This document shows positions 60,581-64,000 of a stretch of DNA of 64,000 nt, in pieces. This DNA is from Williopsis jadinii. Its lineage: Eukaryota. The stretch's first letter is position 1. Each line of letters starts with the position of its first letter. A program made the position numbers and the translations under genes. Under the pieces are notes generated by a model. It was not told where the DNA came from. It saw only the letters and a program-made list of their open reading frames with translations, and did no database searches. The stretch lies in contig AP024664.1 in NCBI GenBank assembly GCA_024346625.1, forward strand, positions 3,596,001 to 3,660,000, given 5' to 3'.

Positions 60581-61374
60581 AGTGTTGATCACCTTATAGG
60601 CAGAGAGAGATAGGTATATATACGATTACAGCACGATAATACACGATGGCAATATCTGACTTCTGTTTGCGATGTGCTGTTCTTCTTCGGGGCCACTGGT
60701 GTTTTCCTTTTTAGTGCGTGCTTCCTCTCCCGGCGCTGTTCTCCTTCTTCTCTCTCGCAATGGGATGTGGTGTTTTGTGCCTGAAGTTGTTGTTGTTGAT
60801 GTTTTGTGGGTTTTTTCCCTTAAAATTTCGCACAGTTTCGCACAGTTTCGGTGTGTCTGGGTGTTCTTGAAAGGAAGGGGGGAAGGAGGAATCGGGGGAA
60901 GGAGCCCTATAAGTTTGAGATGAAAATTGGCAGATTTCAGCTAAGAATGTAATATCCATGCAGAATTGGCCCTAATAAATCGATACCCCCGAGGATTTGC
61001 AGCCACTGTGTACAATGCAGTTGTTTGGTGCTGTTGCCATGGATTAATTGTGTGCACCGAAACCGTTGAACCGGCCCCCCATTCTTCAATGCAACACGCA
61101 TCCAAAGCTAAAAAATCAACCAGTTTTAGTGCGAAAAAGTTGCGAAACCGTACTGATTTGGAGGGGTTTCGCCAGGCACACCGTCAGCCGCCTAATCGGG
61201 TAATTGCGTAACGTGCTGACCAAATCCGGTAATGGTGTTCGAAATCACGCTGTTTGGTTTTCAAAGACAGGGTAACAGTCATCTGGCGTGGATGTGATTT
61301 TGTTTCTGTTCCTTGGTTTCTCTGTTACGGCTCCTTCCCTCTAAACTATACAGACACCGCCATTTCGTAGGGAT

Positions 61375-62094
61375 ATGGTTGAAGTGCCCATCGGATCCCG
61401 TGAAAGTATTGATACGAACAACTTGAGGATGCTTCGATTGAGGAAATTGGAATTCAAGCAGCATCTGATTGGTATCTTTGAGACCCTGGGCTATGTGTTC
61501 ATCACTGTCTTGTACCTGAAGAACATGTCATTTGTACGTTTCTTTATAAGGCTATGCCTCCACGTCGTGCTGTCGAATCCATTCCCTTCAAGCTTGCCGA
61601 GAAGCGTACCCAGAGAGTCCAAGAGAAACCTGACAAAGTCGTTTTTGGTAACTTTGAACGTTGTGAACGCTTTGTTCTTCGCATTGGATATGATAACAGG
61701 TGTTCCTGAGACGTCGAATGGATCCGGGTTGTTCCACGGGAGCTTGACGTTACAGATAATTGGCGAGACTCCCCCATCATCGAGATGGACATATGTCTAT
61801 TATAACGTGCTGATTGCGTCAGTACAGTTTGTTACGCTGTACCTGTCTTGTATCCTGAACACCGATGACGATATAGATGAACAGTCAACGGTGTTACCTG
61901 GATCGAGCTATTCCTTGACCCAGGTTGAAGGTGATGGCTATACGGGGAACTGCTTAGTTGGCACTCTGCACCCTTCACTGGTTTATTGGAAGATTATGAA
62001 CTTCTCCAACGACAACCAACAGCCCACAGACGGAGATGCAACGACATATAACGATTACATGGGTCATAGATTCGACATTAGCCAAATGATATAG
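61375..62094 (+). CDS. Membrane protein of the Dsc4/Gld1/Vld1 (DUF1746) family
   Basis: Several transmembrane segments with an HGSLTLQIIGE motif and DGYTGN; convergent with RPC40, as GLD1/YPR109W is in S. cerevisiae. Confidence 0.7.
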   Translation: MVEVPIGSRESIDTNNLRMLRLRKLEFKQHLIGIFETLGYVFITVLYLKNMSFVRFFIRLCLHVVLSNPFPSSLPRSVPRESKRNLTKSFLVTLNVVNALFFALDMITGVPETSNGSGLFHGSLTLQIIGETPPSSRWTYVYYNVLIASVQFVTLYLSCILNTDDDIDEQSTVLPGSSYSLTQVEGDGYTGNCLVGTLHPSLVYWKIMNFSNDNQQPTDGDATTYNDYMGHRFDISQMI

Positions 62095-62208
62095 CTATTT
62101 CCTTGACACGCTTCATACATCTCTTACACATGCAGAATGACAATCAGTCATCCAAGTGTTTATTGTCTTCTCTTTCTTTATAGATATAAAAATTAATGAC
62201 ACCCACTT

Positions 62209-63219
62209 TCATGCTTGGCCAATAGGACAGTTACGAAGGTATTCACACTTGTTTCTGAGGATTCTGACGCTCTTGAAGAAGATCTCCTCTGGTGACATTG
62301 CACCTGTAGATTCAACGTTGAAGATGAAGTGATCTCTCTTTCTTCCCAGCTTCACTTTTCCTTTGAACTCATCATGGCGTAAGACTTCTCTTGAAACTGT
62401 ATCTCTTCTTGCATCCTTCACGTATGCTTCACCTTTCTCATCTATACCAATAACACCCGTGGAGAAGCATTTTTGGAATTTCTTTGCATCTTCACCAGAA
62501 ATAGGTTGTGTGATGTCAATTGTTGGAAGTAATCTATAGGAAGCTGTGGCAACAGGAGAGAATTTGGCATGGTCAGCACCGATACCCAAGACGCAGTGGA
62601 TCTTTAAAGAGATCTCTTGACCAGGTCTAAGCTTTGCAAGGAGGATGTCTGGATCCGCAGGCACCACTGGTGATTTGAAAGTCTCCAATTGTGAACCTTG
62701 AGGTTCAAATTTCAAATCACGGGCATAGACGTTGGAGTTTCTGTAGAGTTCCTTTGGGTCGGTGGTGTTTTTTGGAGCATGTGGGTTTCTTGTACATGAA
62801 ATGTCAAGAGACATGACAACGGTGTTTGTATCAGTGAATCTGTTCTCCTCATCGACAGTTTGATCAACCCAGTTAAGGTTATCCGGATCAACTTTCAATG
62901 GGATTAAACCTATTCTGTGTGCCAATACCTCATCTTGGATAACAGATGTGTTATTGAAGATGTAAACCTGTTCAGCAGCAACAGAAGGAACTTCGGAGAT
63001 CATGATACGACGGAACGCATTTGCTATAGAGGTGTCGATGTGGATCAAGTCAAAGTTTGCAGCTCTCTCAGTGACATAGGAGATCTTGATGTCAAAGCTA
63101 TTTTTGAACTTCTCGAGATTCCACGAGAAGTCTTCATCAGAGTTGTGGTAACCAGGGTAATCAGTTGACACGGTGTTGGTAACACGATCGTGCTCAATGT
63201 GGACAATGTTGTCAACCAT
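62209..63219 (-). CDS. RPC40: RNA polymerase I/III subunit AC40
   Basis: SIANAFRRIMISEVP, NNTSVIQDEVLAHRIGLIP, LAKLRPGQEI, HAKFSPVATASYRLLP. Confidence 0.97.
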   Translation of the reverse strand: MVDNIVHIEHDRVTNTVSTDYPGYHNSDEDFSWNLEKFKNSFDIKISYVTERAANFDLIHIDTSIANAFRRIMISEVPSVAAEQVYIFNNTSVIQDEVLAHRIGLIPLKVDPDNLNWVDQTVDEENRFTDTNTVVMSLDISCTRNPHAPKNTTDPKELYRNSNVYARDLKFEPQGSQLETFKSPVVPADPDILLAKLRPGQEISLKIHCVLGIGADHAKFSPVATASYRLLPTIDITQPISGEDAKKFQKCFSTGVIGIDEKGEAYVKDARRDTVSREVLRHDEFKGKVKLGRKRDHFIFNVESTGAMSPEEIFFKSVRILRNKCEYLRNCPIGQA

Positions 63220-63288
63220 CGTTTCTAACGGGATATGATATTAATGAGATAGTAGGATTGATACGCTGTGAGCAATCCTTTGAAATGA

Positions 63289-63351
63289 GAGATGAGCTGA
63301 ATATGAAGATGAGAAGAAGCAGGCTGAAAAAAAAAGTTTATAAAAATTTCA
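63289..63351. promoter_or_regulatory. Ribi regulon elements upstream of RPC40: two PAC (GATGAG) sites and RRPE-like A/T tracts
   Basis: GAGATGAGCT at 63289, GATGAG at 63308, TGAAAAAAAAA and AAAAATTTCA. Confidence 0.7.
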
Positions 63352-64000
63352 CTCCGAGGAAATGTCACATGACACGGCACGTGTGTCCCGGAAATCGCAC
63401 AAATCTATCCACACGGGCCTTATTATAGTGCATAGTTGCAATAAGATGAAGCGTTTGATGATCAGCTTCATCATACTCAGATGTTTACAATCGTGCTATC
63501 CATATCAGATCGATCCTCTGCTTCCAAAGGTATATATACATTGCAGCTAACCGAATACCACGGGGATCAAAACCACATTCTGTATATAACCAAAGGTGAG
63601 AGCCACATAGTGTACATAGATAGTACATCAGGCTAATCGATATGATCTCACAAGCACCCTCAGGTGGCACAATTGGTGTCCTCCATCATAGAAAAGTCGG
63701 TACAGTCGAATCATCAAGGCACACAGGAGGAAAGCTTTCAACATAAAAGATGCGTACAAGACAGTGGCTGAGATAAGATCATTGGGTATTCAAACTGTTC
63801 ATGAAGATGTGCCATTTGTACCTCTTTGAAAGTCCTGGAGACAGCAAAAAGGTAGTCATTTCTTTGGAAGAGCATGAACGGATTACTTGTATGTGTCTAT
63901 TGAGATGCGACAAAACACTTGATGATGTGATCTTCGAGGTTCAACTTAATGTTTCCAGTTATATTGATGTCACAATATATCTTCCACTAACAGTAGGGTG

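Noticed and set aside
63700..64000. Possible gene start or pseudogene at the window end (ORF open from ATG 63801)
   Set aside because: Too short and truncated; no recognisable family.

Overview
A 64-kb segment of a budding-yeast (Saccharomycotina) chromosome. It reads with the standard genetic code (CTG = Leu at the conserved LEU1 DRHLVHE motif), encodes a complex I subunit and has GT-AG introns with (T/G)CTAAC branch points. This points to a non-Saccharomycetaceae, non-CTG yeast (inference). There are about 19 recognisable protein genes: RPN2 (partial), SER3/33, ENT4, an intron-containing di-ubiquitin, ECM29, MAC1-like, TPN1, the complex I 24-kDa subunit, RIC8-like, spliced BRN1, LEU1, an ICT1/CLD1-family hydrolase, AVO2, an MFS sugar porter, CLN3, a JmjC protein, GDS1, CIR2, CDC24, GLD1-like and RPC40. 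There is also one tRNA-His with an upstream cluster of LTR-like repeats. The most interesting unexplained structure is a ~1.3-kb non-coding, highly base-paired region between the 24-kDa-subunit gene and RIC8. It has a TATA box, a template-like CA tract, an H-type pseudoknot, a three-way junction and an Sm-like site, making it a candidate telomerase RNA. Other points of interest are a ~12-kb gene desert (candidate regional centromere or gene graveyard) and a 5'-UTR intron of GDS1 whose donor overlaps an ATG-TAA.
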